Source of the DNA: Naegleria gruberi
Lineage: Eukaryota
Direction: 5' to 3' (one strand)
Assembly: GCA_000004985.1 (NCBI GenBank)
Contig: GG738916.1
Length of the DNA stretch: 64,000 nt
Part shown: piece after piece, positions 11,582 through 22,179 of the stretch
Numbering within the stretch: position 1 is the stretch's first letter
Layout: the number at the start of each line of letters is the position of its first letter
The notes under the pieces: model-generated
Database searches by the model: none
Told to the model about the DNA's origin: nothing
What the model saw: the letters and a program-made list of their open reading frames with translations, nothing else
Translations under genes and position numbers: made by a program

Positions 11582-13639
11582 TTATTGATTCATACAACAA
11601 AACAAGATGGTTACAATTATAGTTGTGAAAATAGCAAGTAAAGTAAAGATTCCAATAGTTATCAAGGCCCTCTTCAAACCAGATGTACCATAAAAAGAGG
11701 AGATATCATAGTCGAATGAGTCAAAAAACTCAACGAACACTTTCTTCATCTCAGCATATAAATAATTCAATTCAGTTGTCCAACTATTAGAAGGAGGATC
11801 AATGTCAACGACAGTACCATTAGGTAAGAGTTTGAAATTATAGTCCATCAATAAACTTGATGAGTATTTACCACAGGTAACTATCATTTCAATGGTACCT
11901 GTAAAGTCCTTGGTTGGATAGATCATTAGCTGATTTTTTCTTGAAACTTGAAGTGGTGCGTATGTAGGTCTAAAAACTGCTGGTTTTGACTCAAACCAAC
12001 AACCTTGTTCATCTTTTGAAGAAATTACACATGTTGTGGAGCTACAATTCATCAATGTTACTTGTGATCTTACTTTTGGTATTGGTATGGTCAATTCTCC
12101 ACCAACTTGAATAGAAATTGAAGTTAATGAAGAAAGTGAAATTGTAACTGTTGCAAGAGCAGTTGTATCAAGAGGTTCTACAGTTACTGGAATGAATCCA
12201 CGTTCAGTATTGTTACCATAAAAAGTAATACGCTTGAGCATATTATCAGGCCAAGTATATGCAGTCAACTCTGTGTTTTGTGGTGTATCATAACCACCAA
12301 GTCCTTGCCATGCAAAAGGTCCATCACGATTAATTGCATCATACCTTTGAATATATGTACATGAAGAATTGAAAGAGTACATATATGTAGAAACAGCAGT
12401 TGGATTATTTGGAATTGCCTTCTCAAGTGCATGATAAACTTTAGCATCTCCAGAAATAACGCCACAATTTGTCATTCTATCTGAAACAGTTTCTGTTGAT
12501 GAGTATGTAACACTTGGTATACCATTAATATCATTACCAATAATAATAGGTTCACCATTAGAATCCACACCCAAATAACCATATCCCAAAATATGCTCAG
12601 GTCTAGCAATCGCATGAGAGATGAAATCCTTACTAGCTGAAATGGATAAAGCTAAATTCTTGTCTGAATAAACGGATGATTTAGTTAGCATGGATGCTCT
12701 ATTGGCTGAATTGAGCTCTAAAATACGTCTTGTGATGGATGCATTATCAAATGAAAGAGTAGTGGTGCTAGGATTTTTACAATCTGTTGAAAAGTGCATT
12801 AGAGATTGTAATACTGAAGTTTGAGGAAGCGTTACATTAAAATTACATGTACCTCTTGGTGATTGACAATTAATCATTGATTCTGCGTTATTAACATTAT
12901 TAACTTTTACCCAACCAATTCTTGAAACATCATTGGTGCTTTCTGAATTTACCATTGAATAAGGTAAAAAGTAAAAATCTGTTTGCGCAGTCAAGTCAAC
13001 CACAACAAAATCAGTACTAAATGGGAGAGTAGATGATGTTAAATTAACTACAACACTGACACCAGAGGTTCCAAGTTTAACAACACCAACATTATTAGCA
13101 ATAGGTATGGTGTATGTTAATTCTTGATAGGTAGCAATCACTGAACCAGAATAGGTTGGTTTGTTTAATTTACAAACCTTAAAACGTCTAAAAGCTTCAA
13201 AGGCAACATTGTAACAAGCTCTACTGTAACCTTGCTGTTTGTAAGTTGGAGTTTTATATGAAAAACTAGAAGGATAAGTATTACCAGTAAAACTTGGTGG
13301 TGTACAAACATCAGTACTGCTACAAAATGCTGTATATCTTGGAAGAGGATCGTCAGTATAATAACAATAGGAAGATGACAATACAGCAGAAAAATCATCA
13401 CCTAAAGTAATATTTACCATAGAACTGTCATCGGTCAATTTAAAACAATAATTATCACCAGTATAGGAGGTTGTGAGAGCTGTGTTAATATTATACACAC
13501 AAGCTGTATCAGAACAGGATATCTGTTTTGTTGGAGAAATTGAAACAGGAAGACAATCCTGTTGGTGAGTGGAAGAAATAGAAACCAAAAGACATGACAA
13601 TATCAACAACAATACCACGGTGGTAGGAGTGAGCTGCAT
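11582..13639 (-). CDS. Cys-rich type-I membrane glycoprotein (signal peptide, large extracellular region, C-terminal TM); lineage-specific family with a damaged paralog at 8134-10147
   Basis: A 685-aa ORF from ATG (rc of 13637-13639) begins MQLTPTTVVLLLILSCLLVSISSTHQQDCLPVSISPTKQISCSDTAC...CYNVAFEAFRRFKVCKLNKPTYSG...SPRGTCNFNVTLPQTSVLQSLMHFSTDCKNP... and ends with the TM helix ALITIGIFTLLAIFTTIIVTILFCCMNQ and stop at 11582-11584. The track start at 13711 is a TTG. Confidence 0.7.
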   Translation of the reverse strand: MQLTPTTVVLLLILSCLLVSISSTHQQDCLPVSISPTKQISCSDTACVYNINTALTTSYTGDNYCFKLTDDSSMVNITLGDDFSAVLSSSYCYYTDDPLPRYTAFCSSTDVCTPPSFTGNTYPSSFSYKTPTYKQQGYSRACYNVAFEAFRRFKVCKLNKPTYSGSVIATYQELTYTIPIANNVGVVKLGTSGVSVVVNLTSSTLPFSTDFVVVDLTAQTDFYFLPYSMVNSESTNDVSRIGWVKVNNVNNAESMINCQSPRGTCNFNVTLPQTSVLQSLMHFSTDCKNPSTTTLSFDNASITRRILELNSANRASMLTKSSVYSDKNLALSISASKDFISHAIARPEHILGYGYLGVDSNGEPIIIGNDINGIPSVTYSSTETVSDRMTNCGVISGDAKVYHALEKAIPNNPTAVSTYMYSFNSSCTYIQRYDAINRDGPFAWQGLGGYDTPQNTELTAYTWPDNMLKRITFYGNNTERGFIPVTVEPLDTTALATVTISLSSLTSISIQVGGELTIPIPKVRSQVTLMNCSSTTCVISSKDEQGCWFESKPAVFRPTYAPLQVSRKNQLMIYPTKDFTGTIEMIVTCGKYSSSLLMDYNFKLLPNGTVVDIDPPSNSWTTELNYLYAEMKKVFVEFFDSFDYDISSFYGTSGLKRALITIGIFTLLAIFTTIIVTILFCCMNQ

Positions 13640-13779
13640 TTTTTCAAAGTCAATTTTACGATTTTGACCATTTTTACCACGATTATCATGACTACCAAAA
13701 CTGTTAAACAATACATGAAGAGCTCACAAGTCAAAAGTGTGCGAAAGGTTTTCGTGTAAAAAGGTTGCGTGTGAAAAAA

Positions 13780-16700
13780 ATGACAATTTTGAAAAGTGTG
13801 TTGCCTTCTAAAGCAGCACCTGTTATTGTTGCGTTTATTGGTGTGGTGATGGTATTGGTTCTCCATATTTCATTTGTGCAGTCCCAAATACGTTCTCTAT
13901 CGACTTTTTACTCTACAGGTACATGGATTTCGTCTGTTGTTGTTGATTCTAGCAATACAATTTATTTCGCATCAAACAATAGATTGTTTAGTCTTCCAAG
14001 TGGTTCAGAAACACCTACAGTAATTGCAGGCAGTGGTTTAAACGTATTTTCTGATGGACCAGCAATGAGTAGTGGAATTCAATCAGTTAAAGCAATGTAT
14101 TATTGTGCCAATAATGACATTTTATTTATTGACAATGACAGATTGAGAAAACTTTCACAAGGTATTGTTTCAACATTGGCAGGTACAAAAGAAGCTGGAT
14201 TTAATGGAGATGGTATTCCAGCTGTTAGTGCTCAGTTAAATTCACCATTAGGTGTTTCAATGTCAAAAGGCGGTGAAATTTATATTGCAGATAAACTAAA
14301 TCATAGAATTAGAAAGATTGATATCTTTGGTAAAATTACAACAATTGCAGGAACTGGACAAGCAGGTTATAATGGTTAGTATTTATTTAAATTCTTTTTT
14401 ACTAATAATCTTAAAGGTGAATCACAACCAGCAGAATCTGCCTATTTAAATGGTCCAGCAGGTATTTTTCTTGATGAAAATGATAACATTTTCATAGCAG
14501 AAGATTTGGGACATAGAGTAAGATTCATTGATAGATCCACCTCTCTTATTGTAACGTTGGCCGGAACTGGAGAACCAGGATATGGAGGTGATGGTTCTTT
14601 AGCAACTCAAGCTCAACTTAATGGACCAGAGGCTGTTATCCTTTCTGGAACTGGAGCTGTCATTATTTCTGATACATATAATCATGCTATAAGAACAATT
14701 TTAGATAATAATCTCATTACAATTGCTGGAACTCTTGGTACCAATGGAGATAGTGATGGTAGTTTGGAAACAAAGCTATATTATCCTATGGGTCTTACTA
14801 TTACACCATATCAAGCACTATTAATTGCCGACTCATGGAATGACAAAATCAAAATGTTAATTGATGAGGCCCCAATGATGGCGCTAGCAACAGATTGTAA
14901 TAATTTTGCCATGGCATGTTGTGTGAATGTTATTGATCGTAATCCATTTGCTACTCAATGCCATTGTATATCTGGATGGGATGGAACATATTGTGATATA
15001 CCAGTGTGTAATGGTGTGAGGGCTGATAGAGGTGCATGTGGTGGTTCATCTAAGGGAGATTGTACATCTCCAAATAAGTGCACTTGTAAGAATGGATATT
15101 ATGGTAGTGATTGCTCTCAATTTTCTTGTCCTGGACGTTATGAAGACAGTATAGATTGTTATGGTCATGGAACATGTATTGCTCCAAGTACTTGCTCTTG
15201 TGATGCTGGGTATTCAGGATATTTTTGTGATCAATTCCCTTGTCCAGATTGTCATGGACATGGAGTTTGTACTGGTCCAAACACTTGCTATTGTCTTACT
15301 GCTGGATGGAAAGGTTCAGATTGTTCCATTCCAATTTGTTTTGGAAATAGTCAGGATTCAGCATGTAGTGGTCCAACCAATGGTAAATGTACAAGCCCTG
15401 ATGGTTGTTCTTGTAACTCTGGATGGACAGGAAATAATTGCCAAACACCAACATGTACAAATAATTGTAATGGTCGTGGTGAATGTGTAGGTCCAAACAC
15501 TTGTTCATGTATCTCTGGATGGGGAGGTGTTGATTGTTCAATGCCTGCCTGTAATTGCCCAGCAGTTGGTTATCAATATTGTGCCGGCCCAAATACTTGT
15601 GCTTGTATTTCTGGATATTCAGGTCCAAATTGTGATATTCCTGTTTGTAGTGGTGGTTGTGGGAATGGTTATTGTTCAAGCCCAGGTACATGCACTTGTA
15701 ACCCAGGATGGACTGGTGCAGATTGTTCAACTTTTACATGCACAAATGGTTGTAACTCTCATCAACAGTGTACAGGTCCCAATACTTGTACTTGTAATGC
15801 TGGATATTCAGGTCCAAACTGTGAAAGTTTTTCATGTTCAAATAATTGCAATGGTCATGGAATGTGTGTTGCTCCAAACACTTGTGCTTGTTATTCTCGG
15901 TGGTCAGGTTCAGATTGTTCCATTCCTCAGTGTGATACTGGATGTAATGGACATGGTACTTGTGTTGGTCCAAATGTTTGTGTTTGTAATTCTGGATGGG
16001 CAAGTCATTCAACAGGTTGTAACACATTTACTTGTCCAAATGATTGTAGTGGTCATGGAACTTGTGATGGTCCAAACAGTTGTACTTGTAATTCTGGATG
16101 GACAGGCTTAGATTGTTCCATTGTTTTTTGTTTTGGAAATACTCAGGATTTAGCATGTAGTGGTCCAACAAATGGAAAATGTACAAGTCCAGATGTTTGT
16201 TCTTGTAATTCTGGATGGACAGGAAATAATTGCCAAACACCAATATGTACAAATGGATGTGGTTCAAATGGAGTTTGTACAGCTCCAAACACATGTACTT
16301 GTAATGATGGTTGGATGGGTAGTGATTGTTCACTTCCTATTTGCCCAAATCAATGCAGTGCTCATGGAAAATGTGTGTCTCCTGCTATTTGTTCTTGTAC
16401 TGCTGGTTGGACTGGAAATGATTGTGGTATGGCAATTTGTACTAGTGGATGTTTACAAGGAAGTTGTACATCTCCAAATACGTGTACTTGTAAAGAAGGA
16501 TGGAAAGGTACAGACTGTTCAATTCCTTCATGTTACGGAAACATTCAGAGTTTGGCATGTAGTGGTCCTACACATGGTAAATGTGTAAGTCCTGATATTT
16601 GTAATTGTACAAGTGAATGGACAGGTCTCAATGTGACAAACCAGTATGCATTAATGGATGTGGTAATTCAAATCAAGGATTGTGTGTAGCTCCAAATACA

Positions 16701-18206
16701 TGTGAATGTAAAGAAGGATGGAATGGTACAGACTGTTCAATTCCTATTTGTTTTGGAAATAGTCAAGATTCAGCATGTAATGGTCCTACACATGGTAAAT
16801 GTGTAATCTTGCTGTTTGCGATTGTACAAGTGAATGGACAGGATCTCAATGTGAAATCCCTGTATGTAGAGTGGATGTGGTAGTTCAAATCAAGGATTAT
16901 GCGTAGCTCCAAACACATGCGAATGTAAAGAAGGATGGACTGGAGCAGATTGCTCCATTGCTATTTGCTTTGGAAACATTCAGATTTGGCATGTAGTGGT
17001 CCTACACATGGTAAATGTTTGAGTCCAGATGCGTGTAATTGCACAAGTGAATGGACAGGTCCTCAATGTGACAAACCAGTATGCATTAATGGATGTGGTA
17101 ATTCAAATCAAGGATTGTGTGTAGCTCCAAATACATGTGAATGTAAAGAAGGATGGACTGGTACAGACTGTTTAACCCCTATTTGTTTTGGAAATAGTCA
17201 AGATTCATCATGTAATGGTCCTACACATGGTAAATGTGTAGATCTTGCTGTTTGCGATTGTACAAGTGAATGGACAGGATCTCAATGTGAAATCCCTGTA
17301 TGTAAGAGTGGATGTGGTAGTTCAAATCAAGGATTATGCGTAGCTCCAAACACATGCGAATGTAAAGAAGGATGGACTGGAGCAGATTGCTCCATTGCTA
17401 TTTGCTTTGGAAAAACTCAAGATTCAGCATGTAATGGTACAAATGGTAAATGTGTTAGTCCAGATGCCTGTAATTGCACAAGTGAATGGACAGGATCTGA
17501 ATGTGAAAAACCAGTATGCATTAATGGATGTGGTAATTCAAATCAAGGATTGTGTGTAGGTCCAAACATTTGTAGATGTAAAGAAGGATGGACGGGTAAA
17601 AATTGTTTAACTCCAATCTGTTTTGGAAAGGTAAATAACGCAGCCTGTAATAGTATACTACATGGACAATGTGTTTCTCCAAATGTTTGCCAATGCAATT
17701 CTGGTTGGATGGGACGTAATTGTACAATTCCTGTTTGTTTTGATGAATTTGGTGCTGTTACTGCATGTGGTTCTCCACAAGTGGTATGTGAATTGGGTTG
17801 GACAGGTATTGATTGTTCTGTTCCTGTTTGTTTTGATATTAATAATCCAGGTTGGGCAGGAGCAGATTGTACCACTCCTATTTGTTATGGAAAAATCAAT
17901 CCAAGTGCTTGTAGTGGTTCCTCTCATGGAAAATGTATTGCTCCTAATTTTTGTAAATGTGATCCAAAATGGATGGGAAAGGATTGTTCACAAACTGCAT
18001 GCTTTGGAATTTCACAATTCGATAATAATGTATGTAATGGAAGAGGAAAGTGTATTGATTATAATACGTGCCATTGTAATGATGGTTCTAGTGGCAACGC
18101 TTGTGAAAAACAAGATTTCTCATGGCAATATGTTATTGCCACTGCAATGATTTTATTGCCAACAATTGTTGTCTACTACTTTTCAAAATCCGAGTATTTT
18201 AAATAA
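13780..18206 (+). CDS. NHL-repeat/EGF-like-repeat type-I membrane protein (third paralog): exon 1 13780-14374, intron 14375-14416, exon 2 14417-18206. There are four frame disruptions confined to 16617-16985
   Basis: Signal peptide MTILKSVLPSKAAPVIVAFIGVVMVLVLHISFVQSQ. The NHL repeats (…AGTGQAGYNG|ESQPAESAYLNGPAGIFLDENDNIFIAEDLGHRVRFID...) run across a 42-nt GTTAGT...AAAG intron that preserves the frame (g + gt gives Gly). More than 30 EGF-like C-rich units follow, then a C-terminal TM helix (IATAMILLPTIVVYYF) and stop at 18204-18206. Between 16617 and 16985 the frame must shift four times relative to the intact tandem copy at 17000-17440. Confidence 0.65.
16490..17440 (+). repeat. Tandem duplication of a ~440-bp coding unit (3 EGF-like repeats) inside gene 13780-18206. 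The first unit carries four 1-2-bp deletions; the second is intact
   Basis: Direct alignment by eye shows acaggtctcaatgtgacaaacc vs acaggtcctcaatgtgacaaacc; gtgtaatcttgctg vs gtgtagatcttgctg; gtatgtagagtggatg vs gtatgtaagagtggatg; attcagatttggcatg vs attcagagtttggcatg. Confidence 0.6.
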
Positions 18207-19291
18207 TCAATCTCTTGGTAATGTTATTGGCTGAGTGCATTTTTTTCTTAAAAACCATCAAGGCGAAATTAAGGCTCGGCTAAGAACTGAACAACAAAGA
18301 GGTGAATAATAAATTGCTTAAATAATTGTTCATCTTGGATTAGAACAACCATTCCGGTGATAATATGTTAATTCTATTTTTTCCAAACTTCATAAAAAAA
18401 TATTCAACATTTCTTCTACTCAAGGAGACATGATGATTTTCGGAGTGGTTTTACATCATGAAACCACCAAACTTTCACATCATCATCTCAACATGATCTA
18501 TATAGTAATAATAATAGTAATTTTTATTGGTGGATTATCATCATGAAATTGGAATTTATTTTTCATGATGGAAAATCATAAGTTGGTGTTCCATCATCGG
18601 ATCATTCACCAACCATCGTCATTATTGTTTTCCATCAATATAATAATAGTATTTGTGGAAATTAATTTTTAGTAATGTAATTTTGGTGAAATGTCAAAAT
18701 TTTCACTAAATTCATCATCACTGCTGGATCTACTGGACAAGTTGGAAAACTGTCAATGTATTATTGTTCGGAATGGTCAATAGTAGGTAGGAGAACTTTC
18801 TCTTATCAATTTTGGTCAAGTTATGATAGGGATAGGTACATGTGAATTTTGAAAAAGTACATGGACCATAACTCAACATGTACTTCACCAACTTAAATCA
18901 TGTCTTTTAGTACTACTGTTTAAATAGATAATAAACATCATATTTATTATCAGATTTTCGTCATGTTGTCAATTTACCAAGTTCCGATATTTCATGCTAC
19001 CAGAGTTGATTCATAGCCCAATTACAAATCAAACAACAATAAAACAACAATAAAACAATAATCTAGGTCTTAATGCCCATTAATACTAGATATTAAAAAG
19101 TAATCTTCCTTTTTTTCCTTGCATTGGATCCATGACAGAATATTCTTGAAAATAGCAGGTCTTTTGAATAAAATTTGAGCTCTAACACAATCATTTATTA
19201 TGTTTTTGAGAAAACAGAGAGTTATTACGTCACAATGTACGAAGTGAGACTCAAGAAGAAGACATACTGAAATAATAACTTAATAAACAAT

Positions 19292-20182
19292 TTAATTATC
19301 TGATGCAAAACCAAGGACAGACTCTCTAAATTGTTGAACAGGATTAGCACCACAAAATAGAATCTTAATAAACTGTGCTTTCCAACCGTCTTCAACATCC
19401 TCAAAAAATCGGAAACAAATATAACAAATCAACCACAAAATTACTTGCAAAACACAAATTCCCAATGCACCACTAGCTACTGAAAGTTTAGGCAATGGAT
19501 CTCTTGCACCCTTTCCAAACATGTATGTAAAAGGATCACCAATTAAAAAGAGAGCACTAACCAATGCCAAAACAAATGAACAAAAAACTGAAACAACACA
19601 AAAACCAACCAATACTCTACTGAAGCGTAATTTAACCTCTTTGTTTCTGACACCAACTACAAAATTAGAAAAAAAGGAAATGCCTGCAGGAATTGCAATT
19701 ACAGTCAAGTAATTTCTAAAAAATTCATTGGTATTACTAAAGAAAGAAACAAAGAAAATTATTAAGTTTTCTCTCTCAGTTGGAGGATGATCATTATCAT
19801 ATGATACTTGTATAGTATTATAATTTGGATCTGTCAATAACTTTGAAACCAGTGTCCAGAAAACAGCATACGAAATTGAACTCAAAATAATCATTAAAAA
19901 AGAGATGAAACTAATGAATTTACCAACAATAATGGTAATGAATTCATCTTTTAACCAATTGTACATTTCATCTTCCTTTCCTTCCTTATCTTGAACTGCT
20001 TGAGCATATGGTAGAGGTAGAGTAAGCTTTTCAAACCTGGCTTCATGGTCTCCTAAACTTTCCATTTCCAATAACATATTAACAATATTGCCTTCTGACT
20101 TTTTTGTTGATGTTCGTGTATGTGGTGTTTTTGGTGTTGGAGTTATAATGGTGGTTGCTTCTCTAAAGTTGGGGTTTTGCAT
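19292..20182 (-). CDS. Hypothetical 4-TM membrane protein (296 aa)
   Basis: The ORF runs from ATG (rc of 20180-20182) to TAA. It has four hydrophobic helices (FITIIVGKFISFISFLMIILSSISYAVFW; LTVIAIPAGISFFSNFVV; GFCVVSVFCSFVLALVSALFLIG; ALGICVLQVILWLICYICF). I recognise no family. Confidence 0.5.
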   Translation of the reverse strand: MQNPNFREATTIITPTPKTPHTRTSTKKSEGNIVNMLLEMESLGDHEARFEKLTLPLPYAQAVQDKEGKEDEMYNWLKDEFITIIVGKFISFISFLMIILSSISYAVFWTLVSKLLTDPNYNTIQVSYDNDHPPTERENLIIFFVSFFSNTNEFFRNYLTVIAIPAGISFFSNFVVGVRNKEVKLRFSRVLVGFCVVSVFCSFVLALVSALFLIGDPFTYMFGKGARDPLPKLSVASGALGICVLQVILWLICYICFRFFEDVEDGWKAQFIKILFCGANPVQQFRESVLGFASDN

Positions 20183-20278
20183 TTTTTTTTGAATTTTTTA
20201 TTATTTATATTTTATCAAATTTTTTAAAATTGTACAAAATGGGTGCACATACATAAAAAGAAAGTAAACTCTTTAATA

Positions 20279-22039
20279 TTAAATAAATTTTTTTGGAAAG
20301 AGCCATACATATTCGTTTTGAAAATGATTTGCTGCTCTTTGTGAAACTTCATACTCACCAAAATTCATACCATCATTATATTGAGATGATGATGAAAATA
20401 TTCTTATACTGTTTTCACTTGCTTTAATTATTTGTAAATTTGGAAATAATGGTTGCAACCACCATGTATGGTTATTATCAAAACAATTACGAATTAGTAA
20501 AGTTTTCAATTTTGGTAAATTTGATATTTGAAAGAAATTTAATTCTTTCAAATTATGTGAATGAATTGAAAGTGTAGTTAGTGAATTAAAAGTAAAAGAT
20601 GTTTCACTATAAAATTCCAATCTAATATAAAGGTATTCTAAATTTGGTAATTTACAAAGTAATTTCAAATCAATTTCGCTAATAGGATTACGAAATGTTA
20701 AATCTCTCAATGTTGATATTTCAGATATGTGATGAAATATATTCTTATTATATTTTAAAGAAATGTTAAGAATTAATATTTCTAAATTTAATTTACTCAA
20801 TTCTGATAAATCAATATTATATTCTGATTCAAAATAAAAATATTTAATATTTTTAAATGATTCCACATTTAATCTATCAGGTAACGGAGTTTCCTTTATA
20901 AGATTTAAATGTAAATATTTTAGAGATGGCATTTTCACATTAGAGGCCAAATCCCATGGTTTTGAATATTTTGTAGTGGAATGATGTTTTTTTGCATATT
21001 CATCTATATATAATAATTCTAATGAAGGAAGATTATCAATATTTGTCATCATTTCTGTTCTATTTAAAAATAATTTTTTTAAATTTTGTAAATTTTCACT
21101 CGAATTAAATTGTAATTTTTCAATAACTTTTCTAATAGTTCCAAATCCAAATTCTTGTAATTTTGAAATATTATTTGAATTTAATACATTACTAATTGAT
21201 TCTAATGTATAAATATAGGTAATATCAAGAAATAAATATTTTAAATTTGGAAATGAATTAAAATCAAACGTAAAATTATTTAATTTTCCATTACTTGTTG
21301 TATAATATTCTTTTACAAATATTCTAATATCAATGAGATTGGATATTGTTGATGGATTAAATATTCCATTTAATAATTTTACAATTTTTTTTTGATTTTC
21401 AGGTAATAATTGTAAATGGAGTGTTTCTAATTTATGACAATGTGTACTCAGAAATGATTCCGTGTTAATTAAACATTCTGTTACTCCCATTCCTAAACTT
21501 AAATATTTCAAATTTGGAAGTGCATTAAATAAAGCACGTAAATCTTTCTTTTTCATTTTACAATTTAATCCTAATTCAGTAATATTGGATTGTTTTACAG
21601 AATTGAATGGTATATTATTTTTAACAATACAAGAATCAATAAATAAACTTTGTAATTTCATTGAAGAAAGTAGAGTTTTAAATGTTGATTTTGGTATTGT
21701 TTGAAACAAATTCAATGTTATGGAAGAAAAGAATTGAAAAAATTCAAATGCATTAGTAATAAATCTATAATAACCTATTGAATAAGAGTTTAAAATAAAA
21801 TTTGTAAATTCCTTTCGGAATGGTTGTTGAACAACAAATCTCCAATATCTACAAACAAATGATATTTTAATATAATCTTGTTGATTAAGAAATTGAAATA
21901 TTATTATTAAAATATCATTAGGAATAAAATTATTGTTATCACTATTATTATAATTATTGTTATCACTATTATTAGTATTATTATTGTTATTATTCTTGTT
22001 ATTGTTGTGTGTCAAAGCCTTGTGTAAAAAAGAAAGCAT
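20279..22039 (-). CDS. F-box/leucine-rich-repeat protein with a poly-Asn N-terminal tract (586 aa)
   Basis: It begins MLSFLHKALTHNNNKNNNNNNTNNSDNNNYNNSDNNNF, followed by the F-box-like motif IPNDILIIIFQFLNQQDYIKISFVCRYWRFVV, then L/N-rich repeats (LxxLxLxxN-type). The C-terminal 90 aa are about 90% identical to the partial ORF at 63689-64000. Confidence 0.75.
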   Translation of the reverse strand: MLSFLHKALTHNNNKNNNNNNTNNSDNNNYNNSDNNNFIPNDILIIIFQFLNQQDYIKISFVCRYWRFVVQQPFRKEFTNFILNSYSIGYYRFITNAFEFFQFFSSITLNLFQTIPKSTFKTLLSSMKLQSLFIDSCIVKNNIPFNSVKQSNITELGLNCKMKKKDLRALFNALPNLKYLSLGMGVTECLINTESFLSTHCHKLETLHLQLLPENQKKIVKLLNGIFNPSTISNLIDIRIFVKEYYTTSNGKLNNFTFDFNSFPNLKYLFLDITYIYTLESISNVLNSNNISKLQEFGFGTIRKVIEKLQFNSSENLQNLKKLFLNRTEMMTNIDNLPSLELLYIDEYAKKHHSTTKYSKPWDLASNVKMPSLKYLHLNLIKETPLPDRLNVESFKNIKYFYFESEYNIDLSELSKLNLEILILNISLKYNKNIFHHISEISTLRDLTFRNPISEIDLKLLCKLPNLEYLYIRLEFYSETSFTFNSLTTLSIHSHNLKELNFFQISNLPKLKTLLIRNCFDNNHTWWLQPLFPNLQIIKASENSIRIFSSSSQYNDGMNFGEYEVSQRAANHFQNEYVWLFPKKFI

Positions 22040-22179
22040 TTTTTTTAAAAGTCATGAGGAGGAATATGCCTTCCTTTTAAAATATTGAAACATTGAATCG
22101 TTCGTGTATTTAAATTTTCCAAACATAGCAACCAACTCAATTGAGACATTAAATTATTGTTGGTTGTGTTTAAAAAAAA

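Noticed and set aside
16587-17019. A possible long intron using the perfect GTAAGT at 16587-16592 to skip the frameshifted repeat unit
   Set aside because: The phase does not match any downstream AG that would restore the paralogous reading frame, and about 430 nt is 5-10 times longer than the other introns here. Indels in a tandem repeat are the simpler explanation.
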